DNA from: an uncultured Lachnospiraceae bacterium | GTDB lineage: Bacteria > Bacillota > Clostridia > Lachnospirales > Lachnospiraceae | Assembly: GCA_946616305.1 (NCBI GenBank) | Contig: CAMOIV010000001.1 | Coordinates: forward strand, 1-59,395 | Direction: 5' to 3' | DNA: 59,395 nucleotides | In this document: positions 27,082-36,631 of the stretch, one piece after another | Position numbering within the stretch: the stretch's first letter is position 1 | Layout: the number at the start of each line of letters is the position of its first letter | The notes under the pieces: model-generated | Told to the model about the DNA's origin: nothing | What the model saw: the letters and a program-made list of their open reading frames with translations, nothing else | Database searches by the model: none | Made by a program: the position numbers and the translations under genes

Positions 27082-27866
27082 CAGCCATAGATTATAATTA
27101 TCACACCCATACCCCGAGATGCCATCATGCCGTGGGTAGTGAGAGGGAATATGTGGAAAAAGCCATAGAACACGGCTTTACCAGACTTGGATTTTCTGAT
27201 CACAGCCCCCAACCCTTTGATAACGGCTATGTGTCAGGTATCAGGATGGATATGGATGAGCTTGAGGGATATGTTAGTGTACTAAAGAGCCTGAGAGAAG
27301 AGTACAGGGACAGGATAAGCATATATATCGGTCTGGAGGCCGAGTATTATCCCAGATATTTTGACAGGCTACTTGATGCGGCAAAAGGCTTTGATATCGA
27401 TTATATGATCCTGGGGCAGCATTATCTGGACAATGAAGAGGGCAGGTATGTTGGCAGCCCGACTTCAAGCGAGGATGATCTTGCCAGTTATGTGGATGAG
27501 GTCATAGCAGGACTTGAGACGGGAGTATATACATATCTGGCTCATCCGGATCTGATCCGGTATGAGGGGAGCTATGGCATATATGAAAAACATATGACAA
27601 GGCTTTGCGAATATGCAAAAGATCATAATGTACCTCTGGAATTAAATGCTCTGGGCTTCCAGACCGACAGGTGGTATCCGCGGGCCGACTTTTTTGCCCT
27701 GGCATCCGCCGTTGGATGCAGATTCGTATACGGCTGTGATGCCCATGATCCTCTCATGGTCCAAAAACCTTTTGAGGTAGAGGGTATGGAGGAGTTTATC
27801 GCCGGTGCGGGGATAGAGATATCCGATATCGAACCGCTGTCAATAAAAAATGTTGACAGGCAATGA
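27078..27866 (+). CDS. PHP-domain phosphatase (histidinol-phosphatase HisJ/HisK-like)
   Basis: HTHT, GFSDH, GLEAEY, LAHPD, GCDAH. Confidence 0.88.
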   Translation: MTAIDYNYHTHTPRCHHAVGSEREYVEKAIEHGFTRLGFSDHSPQPFDNGYVSGIRMDMDELEGYVSVLKSLREEYRDRISIYIGLEAEYYPRYFDRLLDAAKGFDIDYMILGQHYLDNEEGRYVGSPTSSEDDLASYVDEVIAGLETGVYTYLAHPDLIRYEGSYGIYEKHMTRLCEYAKDHNVPLELNALGFQTDRWYPRADFFALASAVGCRFVYGCDAHDPLMVQKPFEVEGMEEFIAGAGIEISDIEPLSIKNVDRQ

Positions 27867-27881
27867 CATTTCTGATAGTAT
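27853..27881 (+). promoter_or_regulatory. Sigma-A promoter for ylxM-ffh
   Basis: TTGACA, 17-nt spacer, extended TGaTAGTAT. Confidence 0.7.
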
Positions 27882-27882
27882 G

Positions 27883-27916
27883 AACAGGCCGCTTTGATAT
27901 AAGGCGGTCTGTTTTT
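27883..27916 (+). terminator. Intrinsic terminator-like hairpin after the PHP gene
   Basis: AACAGGCCGCTT...AAGGCGGTCTGTT followed by TTT. Confidence 0.65.
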
Positions 27917-27922
27917 GTCATT

Positions 27923-28252
27923 ATGGAAAAGATGATCGAAAGAGGGCTGCTGTATGATTATTACGGCGGCCTGCTGAATGAAAAGAATAGAAGGATATAT
28001 GAGGCCTGTGTCACGGATGACATGTCCTTATCGGAGATATCGGACGAGATGGGGATATCAAGGCAGGCTGTCTCAGAGAGTCTTAAGCGTATAGACAGCA
28101 AGCTCAGGAACTATGAGGATGAGCTTGGCCTTATAGAAAAGAACCGTAAGCTGGAGAGTATCCTTCATGAGCTTGAGGGGGTCCTTTCATCCGAGGATAT
28201 GGACAGGAAGAAGGCTCTTTTGCTCGTGGACAGGATCAAAGAGGTTATATAG
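27923..28252 (+). CDS. ylxM: YlxM/p13 family protein
   Basis: LYDYYGGLL, DDMSLSEIS, ISRQAV, YEDELGL; directly upstream of ffh. Confidence 0.93.
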   Translation: MEKMIERGLLYDYYGGLLNEKNRRIYEACVTDDMSLSEISDEMGISRQAVSESLKRIDSKLRNYEDELGLIEKNRKLESILHELEGVLSSEDMDRKKALLLVDRIKEVI

Positions 28253-29604
28253 TGGCATTTGAAAGTCTGACGGATAAACTGCAGAACGTATTCAAAAAGC
28301 TTAAAAGCAAGGGAGCCCTTACAGAGGAGGATGTTCGGTCCGCCCTGAAGGAAGTAAGGATGGCTCTTCTTGAAGCGGATGTTAATTTCAAGGTTGTAAA
28401 ACAGTTCGTAAAGTCCGTTGAGGAGAAGGCCGTAGGCGCCGATGTCATGAGAGGCCTTAATCCCGGACAGCAGGTCATAAAGATCGTAAACGAGGAAATG
28501 ACAGATCTTATGGGTTCGGACGCCTGTGACCTTGTCTATGCACCGTCTCCCGATCCCACAGTGATCATGATGGCGGGACTTAACGGTGCAGGTAAGACCA
28601 CGACCTGCGGAAAGCTGGCCCTTCATTTCAAGAACAAGAGCAAAAAGACCATGCTTGCGGCACTGGATGTGTACAGGCCGGCTGCCATAGAACAGTTAAA
28701 GATCAACGGCGAAAAGGTGGGAGCGTATGTATTTGAGATGGGTACGGACAAGGCTCCCGTGGATATAGCAAAGGCAGCTGTTGACGAAGCAAAAAAGCAG
28801 AAATTCGACATAGTGATCCTTGATACCGCAGGAAGACAGCAGATCGATGAGGCTCTGATGGATGAACTGCATGATATCAAGGCGCAGATCAGGGTAGACG
28901 ATACGCTGCTGGTGGTAGATGCCGGTACCGGTCAGGCCGCAGTGGATGTGGCCGGAGGCTTCGACAGCAAGGTGGGCATAGACGGCGTCATACTTACAAA
29001 GCTTGACGGTGATACCAGAGGCGGTGCGGCTCTTTCCATCAAGGCTGTGACGGGCAAGCCCATCATGTATGCCGCATCGGGAGAGAAGCCCACAGACTTC
29101 GACATATTCTACCCGGACAGGATGGCAAGCCGTATACTTGGCATGGGAGACGTGCTTTCCCTCATAGAGAAGGCTACCGAGACCATAGATGAAGAGGATG
29201 CAAAGAAGGCGGCAGAAAGTCTTAAGAAGGGCAGGTTCACCTTTAACGATTATCTTGATTCCATGAAGCAGGTCAACAAGATGGGCGGTATGGGATCGGT
29301 GATATCCATGCTTGGCATGGGAGGAAAAGGGATGCCCGAGATAGACGATACGATGCTAAAGCGTAATGAAGCCATCATCATGAGCATGACTCCGGCAGAG
29401 AGAGAGGATCCCAAGCTTTTGAACCCCAGGCGCAAGAGTCGTATAGCCAAAGGATCCGGGGTCGATATCATGTATGTCAACAGGCTGGTAAAACAGTTTG
29501 AGCAGATGCAGAAGCTCATGAAGCAGATGATGGGCGGCGGAAAGAAAAGAGGGCGTTACGGACAGATGGCCCAGCTCCAGAATATGCTAAGGGGCATGAA
29601 ATAG
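28252..29604 (+). CDS. ffh: Signal recognition particle protein Ffh
   Basis: MAFESL, ALLEADV, GAGKTT, DTAGR, TKLDGDTRGG, RILGMGD, Met-rich M domain. Confidence 0.98.
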   Translation: MAFESLTDKLQNVFKKLKSKGALTEEDVRSALKEVRMALLEADVNFKVVKQFVKSVEEKAVGADVMRGLNPGQQVIKIVNEEMTDLMGSDACDLVYAPSPDPTVIMMAGLNGAGKTTTCGKLALHFKNKSKKTMLAALDVYRPAAIEQLKINGEKVGAYVFEMGTDKAPVDIAKAAVDEAKKQKFDIVILDTAGRQQIDEALMDELHDIKAQIRVDDTLLVVDAGTGQAAVDVAGGFDSKVGIDGVILTKLDGDTRGGAALSIKAVTGKPIMYAASGEKPTDFDIFYPDRMASRILGMGDVLSLIEKATETIDEEDAKKAAESLKKGRFTFNDYLDSMKQVNKMGGMGSVISMLGMGGKGMPEIDDTMLKRNEAIIMSMTPAEREDPKLLNPRRKSRIAKGSGVDIMYVNRLVKQFEQMQKLMKQMMGGGKKRGRYGQMAQLQNMLRGMK

Positions 29605-29686
29605 GTCTTAAATGGACATGGATTTCCTTAACGGAACACGATGTACATTGGATGATATATAACACACAATATACGGAGGTAGAAAA

Positions 29687-29929
29687 ATGGTAAAGATCAG
29701 ACTCAGAAGGATTGGAAAGAAGAAGGCACCTTTTTACAGGATAGTCGTAGCTGATGCACGTACATCAATGCAGAGCAATACCCTTGCAGAGATAGGCACA
29801 TACGATCCCTTAAAGGAGCCTGCAGAGGTTAAGATCAACGAGGAAGAGGCACGCAAGTGGATAGCCAACGGAGCACAGCCTACAGAGACTGTCGCACGTC
29901 TTTTCAAGAATGCAGGGATCACAAAATGA
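29687..29929 (+). CDS. rpsP: 30S ribosomal protein S16
   Basis: [38 protein letters not shown]. Confidence 0.98.
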   Translation: MVKIRLRRIGKKKAPFYRIVVADARTSMQSNTLAEIGTYDPLKEPAEVKINEEEARKWIANGAQPTETVARLFKNAGITK

Positions 29930-29978
29930 TCATCCTCCAGATGAGGAATGATAACTGGTTTTCATTGGAGGTGAAATC

Positions 29979-30221
29979 ATGAAGGAATTGGTTGAAGTGA
30001 TCGCCAAAGCCTTGGTTGAAAACCCCGACAAGGTCGTTGTGACCGAAGAGGAGGATTCAAAAGGGATCAATGTCACTCTGCGTGTGGCAAAGGAAGATAT
30101 GGGCAAGGTGATCGGAAGATCCGGACGTATAGCCAAGGCTATAAGGTCCGTCGTAAAGGCTGCGTCCACGAAAACAGACAAGCATGTAAATGTGGATATA
30201 GTGGATGAGGAAGAAGGCTGA
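29979..30221 (+). CDS. khpA: KH-domain RNA-binding protein KhpA (YlqC)
   Basis: IAKALVENPD, DMGKVIGRSGRIAKAIR (GxxG); position between rpsP and rimM. Confidence 0.93.
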   Translation: MKELVEVIAKALVENPDKVVVTEEEDSKGINVTLRVAKEDMGKVIGRSGRIAKAIRSVVKAASTKTDKHVNVDIVDEEEG

Positions 30222-30732
30222 ACTTTTGTCGGTGGGGCAGATAACATCTACTCACGGACTCAAAGGAGAAGTAAAGGTCTACCCGACTACGGATGATCCC
30301 AGGAAGAGGTTTTTGGAACTGAAGAAGGTTATCATCAAAACACCCGGGGAAGAGGTCGAGGTGACCATCGGATCGGTCAGGTTCATGAAGAACCTGGCCC
30401 TTTTGACATTCGAGGAGCTGCCCGGTATAGAAGCTGTTGAGAAATACAGGAACGGGTACATCTGTGTGCGAAGAGAGGACGCTGCACCGCTGGGAGAGAA
30501 CGAATACTATGAGACGGACCTTATAGGTATGGATGTGATCTCTGAGGATGGAGACAGGATCGGCACACTCACCAGGGTTTATCATACCGGTGCGAATGAC
30601 TGCTATGAGATAGAGACCGACAGCAGGGAGCATAAAAGCACTCTTATACCTGCCATCAGAGAATGTATTAAGGACGTGGATGTGGAATCGGGCGTCATGA
30701 CGATACACATCATGGAGGGATTGTTTACATGA
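30205..30732 (+). CDS. rimM: Ribosome maturation factor RimM
   Basis: VGQITSTHGLKGEVKV, EYYETDLIG, TGANDCY, LIPAI. Confidence 0.95.
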   Translation: MRKKAELLSVGQITSTHGLKGEVKVYPTTDDPRKRFLELKKVIIKTPGEEVEVTIGSVRFMKNLALLTFEELPGIEAVEKYRNGYICVRREDAAPLGENEYYETDLIGMDVISEDGDRIGTLTRVYHTGANDCYEIETDSREHKSTLIPAIRECIKDVDVESGVMTIHIMEGLFT

Positions 30733-31445
30733 GATTCGAGGTCCTGTGCATCTTTCCCGATATGGTAAAGGATGCCTTCCAGACCGGTGTGACCGGAAGG
30801 GCATCAGGAGAAGGCCTTATCAGCATAGATACCGTAAATATCAGGGATTACAGTACCAATTCATATGGCTCCATAGACGGATACACCTATGGCGGAGGAG
30901 CCGGTATGGTGATGCAGTGTGAGCCCGTTTATGCCGCATATTGTGAAGCCCTTAAAAGACTTGACAAGAAACCGGGTCAGGTCAGGGTAGTATATATGAC
31001 ACCTGTAGGACATGTTTTTAACCAGGCCAGGGCAGAAGAGTTTGCAAAGGAGGAGGAGCTTATATTCCTTTGCGGACACTATGAAGGCATAGATGAGAGA
31101 GTCATAGACGAGATAGTTACGGACAGGATATCCATAGGAGATTACGTGCTCACAGGCGGCGAAGTCTCTGCCCTTGTTGTCATGGATGCGGTATCAAGAC
31201 TGATACCCGGGGTCCTCCATAACGACGAATCCGCCGCCACGGAATCCTTCGGAGCTGACGGACTTTTAGAGTACCCGCAGTATACGAGGCCCGATGTGTG
31301 GCACGACAAAGAGGTTCCAAAGGTGCTGCTTTCAGGGGACCATCTGAAGGTGGACCAGTACAGGATGCGGGAGATGAGAAGGGTGACCAGGGAATACAGA
31401 CCCGATCTGTATGAGGAATATATGAGAAAACGGGGGATTAACTAG
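30729..31445 (+). CDS. trmD: tRNA (guanine37-N1)-methyltransferase
   Basis: YGGGAGMV, LCGHYEGIDER, SIGDYVLTGGE, LLEYPQYTRP, LLSGDH. Confidence 0.97.
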   Translation: MRFEVLCIFPDMVKDAFQTGVTGRASGEGLISIDTVNIRDYSTNSYGSIDGYTYGGGAGMVMQCEPVYAAYCEALKRLDKKPGQVRVVYMTPVGHVFNQARAEEFAKEEELIFLCGHYEGIDERVIDEIVTDRISIGDYVLTGGEVSALVVMDAVSRLIPGVLHNDESAATESFGADGLLEYPQYTRPDVWHDKEVPKVLLSGDHLKVDQYRMREMRRVTREYRPDLYEEYMRKRGIN

Positions 31446-31496
31446 CAAGCTCGGTTTTCGATGGCAATTGAAAACACTTTATGGTAAAGAAACCTC

Positions 31497-31526
31497 TTGC
31501 AAACAGGGTGTATACTGTGATATCAT
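31497..31526 (+). promoter_or_regulatory. Promoter for rplS
   Basis: TTGCAA, 18-nt spacer, extended TGaTATCAT. Confidence 0.55.
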
Positions 31527-31544
31527 CTTGAAGTTGCGAGACTT

Positions 31545-31582
31545 TGATGGTCCTCTGCCATAATACGGGGCATGAACATCGG
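31545..31582 (+). ncRNA. L19 leader (ribosomal protein autoregulatory hairpin)
   Basis: GATGGTCCTCTGCC...GGCATGAACATC stem-loop in the rplS 5' UTR, resembling the Firmicutes L19 leader as recalled; not confirmed by covariance search. Confidence 0.75.
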
Positions 31583-31608
31583 AATTTTAAGACACAGGAG
31601 GACTGGAA

Positions 31609-31959
31609 ATGAACGTCGATATCATAAAAGAGATCGAAGAAGAACAGAAGAAAAAGGAATTACCGGAGTTCAATACCGGTGATACCGTACGTGTTCACAA
31701 TAAGATCCGTGAGGGAAACAGAGAGAGGATACAGATCTTCGAAGGTACGGTTACAAAGAAGCAGGGAGGCAATACCTCAAGAGCTACCTTTACCGTGCGT
31801 AAGATAAGCAGCGGCATAGGCGTCGAGAAGACATGGCCTCTGCATTCACCCAACGTTGAGAACGTTGAGGTGGTCAGAAGAGGTAAGGTCAGACGTCATA
31901 AGCTCTTCTACTTAAGGAAGCTTACAGGTAAGAAGGCTAAGGTTAAGGCTGCAGAGTGA
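31609..31959 (+). CDS. rplS: 50S ribosomal protein L19
   Basis: [47 protein letters not shown]. Confidence 0.98.
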   Translation: MNVDIIKEIEEEQKKKELPEFNTGDTVRVHNKIREGNRERIQIFEGTVTKKQGGNTSRATFTVRKISSGIGVEKTWPLHSPNVENVEVVRRGKVRRHKLFYLRKLTGKKAKVKAAE

Positions 31960-31993
31960 TATATTGCTTCAGTATCATAGGTTTGATCACGTT

Positions 31994-32024
31994 GTCCGTG
32001 CACATTATGTGCACGGACTTCTTT
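31994..32024 (+). terminator. Intrinsic terminator after rplS
   Basis: GTCCGTGCACA-tta-TGTGCACGGAC followed by TTCTTT. Confidence 0.8.
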
Positions 32025-32040
32025 GTGTTATAATATCCTC

Positions 32041-32625
32041 ATGGCCAGAAGAAAAGGAAACGGACTGATATTTTACGAAAAAAAGAAGCTGGTGACCATG
32101 AAGGAGATATATGCCTTCCTGTCGTGGGCAGCTATCGTAGTAGGAGCGATCCTGCTTTCTTATGTTGTGGTCTATGCCTTCGGCATAAGGACCACCGTTA
32201 TAGGAGATTCCATGTATCCTTCGCTGGTAAACGGCCAGGAGATACTGATCAACAGATTAAGCTATAACATCTTCGAGCCGAAAAAGGGAGATGTCATAGT
32301 ATTCAAACCCAACGGAAACGAGAATGCTCATACCTATGTGAAAAGGGTCATCGCCTGTCCCGGAGACAGTGTCAGGATCACAAGCGGAGTCCTGTATGTG
32401 AATGATGAGGAAACGGATTGGTTCACGGACAGTATCTCAGATCCCGGAGTTGCATCATCGGAGCTTTCGGTAGGAGCGGATGAGTATTTCGTCATGGGGG
32501 ACAATCCCAATTCCTCCGAGGATTCAAGAAATGCCAATATCGGAAATGTTAAGGCTGATTCCATAATAGGTAAAGCCTGGTTCCATATGGGAGGCGGGAC
32601 AATGGGTCTGGGAAGGATAAAGTAA
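32041..32625 (+). CDS. lepB: Signal peptidase I (copy 1)
   Basis: GDSMYPSL (Ser), YVKRV (Lys), GDNPNSSEDSR; N-terminal TM. Start set at ATG 32041. Confidence 0.93.
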   Translation: MARRKGNGLIFYEKKKLVTMKEIYAFLSWAAIVVGAILLSYVVVYAFGIRTTVIGDSMYPSLVNGQEILINRLSYNIFEPKKGDVIVFKPNGNENAHTYVKRVIACPGDSVRITSGVLYVNDEETDWFTDSISDPGVASSELSVGADEYFVMGDNPNSSEDSRNANIGNVKADSIIGKAWFHMGGGTMGLGRIK

Positions 32626-33467
32626 TGGCTTCGTATAACTGGTATCCCGGACATATGGCCAAGGCCAAAAGGGCCATGGCGGAAGACATAAAGGTTATAG
32701 ATGTGATAGTGGAGATAGTTGATGCCAGAGCGCCCTTCTCCACCAGGAATCCGGATCTTATCGAACTTGGCCGCAATAAGGAGAGGATAATCATCCTTGG
32801 CAAAGCCGATCTTGCCGATGAGAACGTGACTAAGGAATGGATCGAACACTACAGGGAGGACGGACTCCGTGCGGTAGCCATCAATATGAAGGATAAAAAC
32901 TCCTTTGCCTCCGTAAAGCGGGTCATAGATGAGGCCTCTGTCAAAAAGAAGGAAAGGGATCTGAAAAGAGGCATAAAAAACAGGCCCGTGAGACTGCTTG
33001 TAGCCGGGATCCCCAACGTCGGAAAATCCACCTTCATCAATTCCCTGTGCAGGAAGAATGTTGCAAAGACCGGGAATAAACCCGGCGTTACCAAGGGAAA
33101 GCAGTGGATATCCATCGGAAAAGGTGTGGAGCTTATGGATACTCCGGGGATACTCTGGCCAAGGATAGAGGATGAAACATCAAGAAGGAACCTTGCTCTG
33201 ATCGGCTCCATGAACGATGAAGCGATAAACAGGAATGAGCTGACAGAGGATCTTACGGAGGTATTAAAGGAAAAAGCAATGCCATATATCAATGAGGAAT
33301 TCGGGGCGGCAAGCGAGGATGAGGCTATGACTATCCTTATGAAGACAGCGCAGAGTCGATCCATGCGAAAAGCAGGAGGAGCTTTGGATACCGACAGAGC
33401 TGCGGGATATCTTATCACCGCCTTCAGAGCAGGAGAACTGGGGAGGATCAGCCTTGAAGAACCGTAA
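32625..33467 (+). CDS. rbgA: Ribosome biogenesis GTPase RbgA (YlqF)
   Basis: WYPGHMAKA, DARAP, GIPNVGKS, PGVTKG, DTPGILWP. Confidence 0.96.
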   Translation: MASYNWYPGHMAKAKRAMAEDIKVIDVIVEIVDARAPFSTRNPDLIELGRNKERIIILGKADLADENVTKEWIEHYREDGLRAVAINMKDKNSFASVKRVIDEASVKKKERDLKRGIKNRPVRLLVAGIPNVGKSTFINSLCRKNVAKTGNKPGVTKGKQWISIGKGVELMDTPGILWPRIEDETSRRNLALIGSMNDEAINRNELTEDLTEVLKEKAMPYINEEFGAASEDEAMTILMKTAQSRSMRKAGGALDTDRAAGYLITAFRAGELGRISLEEP

Positions 33468-34005
33468 GGCGAATAAAACCGCAGGAGCATTAAAAGAGCT
33501 TCTGGGTATGAGCATCTATCTCCTGGTTATAATAGCGGGAACCCTGCTTATCAGGACCTTTGTATTCGAAAGGTCTCTGGTTGTGGGTCAGTCGATGGAG
33601 CCCACGCTGTATGACGGGGAGAATCTTCTGATAGAAAAGATATCTCACAAAGCCGGGCTGCTTAACAGGTTTGATATCATAGTATTTGACCATGGAGACG
33701 AATTCCTCATAAAGAGGATATACGGTCTTCCCGGGGAGAGTATACGTATAGATGACACGGGACTCATATATGTGAATGATAAAGTGATTGACGATAAATA
33801 TGCCTATTCCATAATGGAAGATCAGGGGATAGCAAAGGACTCAGGGATCACATTAAAGGACGATGAATACTTCGTACTTGGAGATAACAGGAATCATTCC
33901 ACCGACAGCAGATATCGGGAGGTAGGACCTGTCAGAGAGGACAAGATCAGAGGCAAGGTCTTTTTCAGGTTGTATCCCTTTGGCAGGATGGGTACCATCA
34001 AATGA
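33454..34005 (+). CDS. lepB: Signal peptidase I (copy 2)
   Basis: GQSMEPTL, LIKRI, GDNRNHSTDSR. Confidence 0.93.
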   Translation: MKNRKANKTAGALKELLGMSIYLLVIIAGTLLIRTFVFERSLVVGQSMEPTLYDGENLLIEKISHKAGLLNRFDIIVFDHGDEFLIKRIYGLPGESIRIDDTGLIYVNDKVIDDKYAYSIMEDQGIAKDSGITLKDDEYFVLGDNRNHSTDSRYREVGPVREDKIRGKVFFRLYPFGRMGTIK

Positions 34006-34655
34006 CAAAAAGCGAAAGAGAAGAAAAGGCAAGACTAAGGCTTGAGCGCGAAAGAGAAAGACTGTATGCCATGGCCGAATTCGAGCGCAGATATGCCGAT
34101 AAGCAGTATATATGCGGGGTTGATGAGGTGGGCAGAGGACCCTTTGCGGGGCCTGTCATGGCAGGAGCCGTGATACTGCCCAAGGACTGCGAGATCCTCT
34201 ATCTTAACGACTCCAAGAAGCTGTCCGCAAAACGGAGAGAGGCCCTTTATGAAGAGATAAAGGAAAAGGCCGTAGCATATGCCGTGGCAAGGGTGGAGCC
34301 TGAAAGGATCGACGAGATCAACATACTTCAGGCAACATATGAGGCGATGAAGGAGGCGGTTGAAAAACTTGCTCCCGCACCCGATATAATACTTGTAGAT
34401 GCAGTAACGATACCGGGTATAGATACAGCTCAGGAACCCATCATCAAAGGAGATGCCAGATCCGTATCCATCGCCGCGGCCTCCGTTCTGGCCAAGGTTG
34501 AAAGGGACAGGGTGATGATGGAATATGCCGAGGAGTATCCGGGATACGGCTTTGAAACAAACATGGGCTACGGTACCAGGGAACACAGGGATGCACTTAA
34601 GACCTTAGGCCCCACACCGATCCACAGAAGGACTTTCATACACAGCTATATATGA
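34002..34655 (+). CDS. rnhB: Ribonuclease HII
   Basis: GVDEVGRGPFAGPV, NDSKKL, KGDARSVSIAAAS, GYGT, HRRTF. Confidence 0.97.
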   Translation: MTKSEREEKARLRLERERERLYAMAEFERRYADKQYICGVDEVGRGPFAGPVMAGAVILPKDCEILYLNDSKKLSAKRREALYEEIKEKAVAYAVARVEPERIDEINILQATYEAMKEAVEKLAPAPDIILVDAVTIPGIDTAQEPIIKGDARSVSIAAASVLAKVERDRVMMEYAEEYPGYGFETNMGYGTREHRDALKTLGPTPIHRRTFIHSYI

Positions 34656-36631
34656 ATATCAGAGTTAATACAGGTATATACAATAATAACGGGAACAGCC
34701 AGATCGGTGATATGGTACGCCCCGAAGAGGCCTCCGTCACCACTAACCTGAGATCACTGGCATCCCAGATAACTGATCTGAACGTCGGAGATGTCTTTAC
34801 GGGACAGATATCCGGCATCAACGGCAGGGCCATAGAGCTCCTGCTTTCCGATAAGAGCAGCATCCAGGCTAAGCTTTCATCATTCATGCAGCTTCAGATG
34901 GGACAGACCATGTCGTTTGAAGTATCTTCGAATAACAACGGAAAGGTCCAGCTGACCCCTCTGTATGCCAATCTTTCGGGAGAAAGCCAGGTGGCAAGAG
35001 CTTTGGGAGAAGCAGGGCTTCCTCACGATGCCAGGAATTCGGAGATGGTACAATCCATGATGGAGCAGGGGATGAAGATAGATGCCGACAGCCTTCTTTC
35101 CATGTCCAAGACTGTCAATACCTTCCCCAATGCGGCTCCCTCATCCATCGTATCCATGACAGCCCTCAAGATACCTCTTACGGATATCAATGTACAGGAA
35201 TTCGAGGTATACAGGAATAATGCTCACCAGATAGCGGACCATGCAGGGGGCATAGCCGGCGGCTTTGCCGAGGTTGCCTCAGAGTCTCTTGAATTGAACA
35301 GAGCCCTGCTTGATATCTTTACGGGGAAGGTGGATCCCGCCATATCGGAATACCTTAATGAAGAGATGGCACAGGAGGGAGAATCCCCGGAGGGAGCACA
35401 GGCTGAGGCTTCAAAGGATGCACAGGCAGCAGTTGACCCAAAGAGTGCCGGGGCGGCAGAAGATGATGCTGCAGTCAAAAACCAGACAGAAGGCTCAGCA
35501 GGTGGGGATGCAAAGACCGTGATAACCGAAGAGGGGTTATTGCGGGAACAGATGGGCAAGGGAGACGGAGTACGGCTTGAGATAACCTCCGGAAGAAATA
35601 TAAGCCCCAAAGCAGGGTTCTACGGTGACAATACAGTCACCGAGGATCTTAAGGAACTGTACACTCCCGAGGAGAGAGAAAATCTCGCATCCGAATTAAA
35701 GAAGCTGGGAGTACCGGATAATATAGCGGACAGGGTCAGGGAGGGCGATCTTAATACAAGAGATACCCTCAATCTGGTAAGAAGTGCCATGGATCAGGCG
35801 GATAAGGCACAGAGTGTGCCTGAAGGCAGGGAGGGTCAGACTGCTGACAATACACGTGCTTCGGATGACATGCGCTCTTTGGACACTGATCCGTCAGACA
35901 GAGCCAAATCACAGGAGCAGACAGCAAAGGATCCCGGGACTTTACAGGAGATCCCGCAGCAGGAGGATCCCGCGGCCAACTTCAATAAAATAAGACATAT
36001 GCTTAAAACCCCCGAGTTTTCAAAGCTTGTGAAGAACGAGATCATGAATGAACTGCTGATGAAGCCCGAGGATATAGCGGACAAGGAAAAGATACAGGAA
36101 TACTTCCAGAAGGTCATAAGGGATACCGCCCAGGCAGCGGAGGTTCTGAAAGCCTCCGGCCACGGACAGACAACCCTTGCCTCCGGCAATCAGGAGCTTC
36201 ATGATAATATCGATTTTATGAATCAGCTGAATCAGGTATTTACCTATGTGCAGGTGCCCCTTAAGATGGCTTCGGAGGCACAGCACGGGGATCTGTATGT
36301 CTATACCAATAAAAAGAAGCTGCAGTCCGGGGATGGGAACGTATCAGCCCTTCTGCACCTGGATATGAAGCACCTCGGTACCATGGACATACATGTGGCC
36401 ATGAAGCCCTCCGGAAATGTAAACACACATTTCATACTGCAGAAGGAGGAGATGCTTGATTTCATAGCTGAGCATCTGCCGGAACTGGATGAGAGGATCA
36501 AGGCCAGAGGATATAACATTTCCAGTGATGTGTCCCTTAACAAAGAAAAGACCAGTGTGCCGGATATCATGTTCAACAAAGGGAAGGATACCAGGCTCAT
36601 ACAATATACGGCATTTGATGCCAAAGCGTAA
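34652..36631 (+). CDS. FliK-like (flagellar hook-length control C-terminal domain) protein
   Basis: C-terminal YVQVPL...GDLYV...ALLHLDMKHLGTMDIHV...LPELDERIKARGY fold, low-complexity acidic middle; position between rnhB and the FlhB-like gene. Confidence 0.72.
   Translation: MNIRVNTGIYNNNGNSQIGDMVRPEEASVTTNLRSLASQITDLNVGDVFTGQISGINGRAIELLLSDKSSIQAKLSSFMQLQMGQTMSFEVSSNNNGKVQLTPLYANLSGESQVARALGEAGLPHDARNSEMVQSMMEQGMKIDADSLLSMSKTVNTFPNAAPSSIVSMTALKIPLTDINVQEFEVYRNNAHQIADHAGGIAGGFAEVASESLELNRALLDIFTGKVDPAISEYLNEEMAQEGESPEGAQAEASKDAQAAVDPKSAGAAEDDAAVKNQTEGSAGGDAKTVITEEGLLREQMGKGDGVRLEITSGRNISPKAGFYGDNTVTEDLKELYTPEERENLASELKKLGVPDNIADRVREGDLNTRDTLNLVRSAMDQADKAQSVPEGREGQTADNTRASDDMRSLDTDPSDRAKSQEQTAKDPGTLQEIPQQEDPAANFNKIRHMLKTPEFSKLVKNEIMNELLMKPEDIADKEKIQEYFQKVIRDTAQAAEVLKASGHGQTTLASGNQELHDNIDFMNQLNQVFTYVQVPLKMASEAQHGDLYVYTNKKKLQSGDGNVSALLHLDMKHLGTMDIHVAMKPSGNVNTHFILQKEEMLDFIAEHLPELDERIKARGYNISSDVSLNKEKTSVPDIMFNKGKDTRLIQYTAFDAKA

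Noticed and set aside
32041-34005. Two lepB copies as a recent duplication
   Set aside because: The copies are highly divergent and both are catalytically intact; multiple SPase I genes near rplS-rbgA are ordinary in Clostridia.
34362-34390. CCGATATA inside rnhB as a sigma-28 promoter for the FliK-like gene
   Set aside because: No TAAA -35 at the proper spacing; the sequence is explained by the PDI codons.
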